Assembly: GCA_021817505.1 (NCBI GenBank)
Contig: JAKAUU010000016.1
Coordinates: forward strand, 2,844-66,843
Reading direction: 5' to 3'
Length of the DNA: 64,000 bases
Origin: Candidatus Micrarchaeota archaeon
GTDB taxonomy: Archaea > Micrarchaeota > Micrarchaeia > Micrarchaeales > CABMGC01
Shown here: positions 63,581 to 64,000 of the stretch, piece after piece
Layout of the letters: each line of letters opens with the position of its first letter
Numbering within the stretch: position 1 is the stretch's first letter
Translations under genes and position numbers: made by a program
The notes under the pieces: model-generated
Told to the model about the DNA's origin: nothing
Databases searched by the model: none
What the model saw: the letters and a program-made list of their open reading frames with translations, nothing else

Positions 63581-64000
63581 TCAGCCGTTGATGTATCGCG
63601 CATACTTGGACTTCGAACGGGCCAGCATCATGGAAACATATCCCTGCCTCATGACTTTTGCATTGCTTAGGCCCATCTCCTTCACTATCTTCGCCAGTTC
63701 CCGATGCTTCTGGCTATCGGATATTATCTCGAGCTCTATGAAGTTGCCCAGACCTTTGACCGTGTCAAGATTTATCGAGCAGTTCCCCAGCTCATAGGTG
63801 GTTCTGGACTTTGTAACATTTATTATGTTGTTGAACCTGGACTTGAGAAGGATGGTTTTGATTGTCTCGGGCTCCTCTATCCTTGTTTCGTATTCCTCGT
63901 ACCTTCCCATTCTGCCCGTAGATGCTTTGTAGGTCAGAAAGTGCGTATCCTTCTCCGATCTTATGCGTATCAGAAAACTCCTCTTCTTGGTATAGAGATT
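63581..64000 (-). CDS. CYTH-domain protein (CyaB-type class IV adenylate cyclase/triphosphatase family), N-terminus outside the window
   Basis: The frame stays open to the window edge (hand translation NLYTKKRSFLIRIRSEKDTHFLTYKASTGRMGRYEEYETRIE...). The pattern lR.R...lT.K....R.E.E..i plus GNFIELEI is typical of CYTH barrels. Confidence 0.65.
   Translation of the reverse strand, partial: NLYTKKRSFLIRIRSEKDTHFLTYKASTGRMGRYEEYETRIEEPETIKTILLKSRFNNIINVTKSRTTYELGNCSINLDTVKGLGNFIELEIISDSQKHRELAKIVKEMGLSNAKVMRQGYVSMMLARSKSKYARYING

Noticed and set aside
1-64000. Search for tRNA, rRNA, SRP RNA, RNase P RNA and CRISPR arrays
   Set aside because: Visual scanning of all intergenic gaps longer than about 80 nt found no cloverleaf-compatible sequence (no GTTCGAATC or GTTCAAATC-type T-arm), no rRNA-like conserved blocks and no repeat-spacer arrays. 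A covariance-model scan is still advisable.

Overview
Densely packed archaeal chromosomal segment with about 72 supported coding regions and almost no intergenic space. The archaeal assignment rests on aIF5A, aIF6, ribosomal proteins S24e/S27ae/L31e/L10e, Rpo7/Spt4, Dph2, prefoldin alpha, an ATP-dependent DNA ligase and class III (type IV pilin-like) signal peptides. FtsZ/SepF division genes, a Thermoplasma-style 2-oxoacid dehydrogenase operon and QSAMEYLMTYGWAIL-type pilin N-termini suggest a Thermoplasmata-like or DPANN/Micrarchaeota-like lineage, but that cannot be confirmed without a database search. Housekeeping blocks: hel308, sepF, S24e/S27ae/aIF5A, two tandem ftsZ genes and lig (0-8.5 kb); the E1a-E1b-E2-E3-NAD kinase operon, speB, iscU-like, rpo7/spt4, gltX and ksgA (21-33.6 kb); sdhA, anchor, sdhB and a fumarase-family gene (43.4-47.9 kb); ftsY, pfdA, aIF6 and L31e (48.6-51.6 kb). 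Interspersed accessory or surface modules are the more interesting part. They include a 1296-aa double beta-propeller surface protein with perfect intragenic DNA repeats, sitting beside a membrane-tethered wHTH protein. Next to it lie a 0.6-kb stretch of about 16% G+C and a Fic protein with a degenerate active site. Two inverted copies of a roughly 340-bp IS200/IS605-derived miniature element (TnpB N/C-fusion remnants) bracket 16.3 kb. There is a partial type IV pilus locus plus dispersed pilin-like genes, one of them fused to a beta-propeller. The succinate dehydrogenase operon has a split membrane anchor, half of it fused to the N-terminus of SdhB. No rRNA, tRNA or CRISPR array was recognised. 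All calls come from reading the sequence and the ORF translations only; no searches were run.
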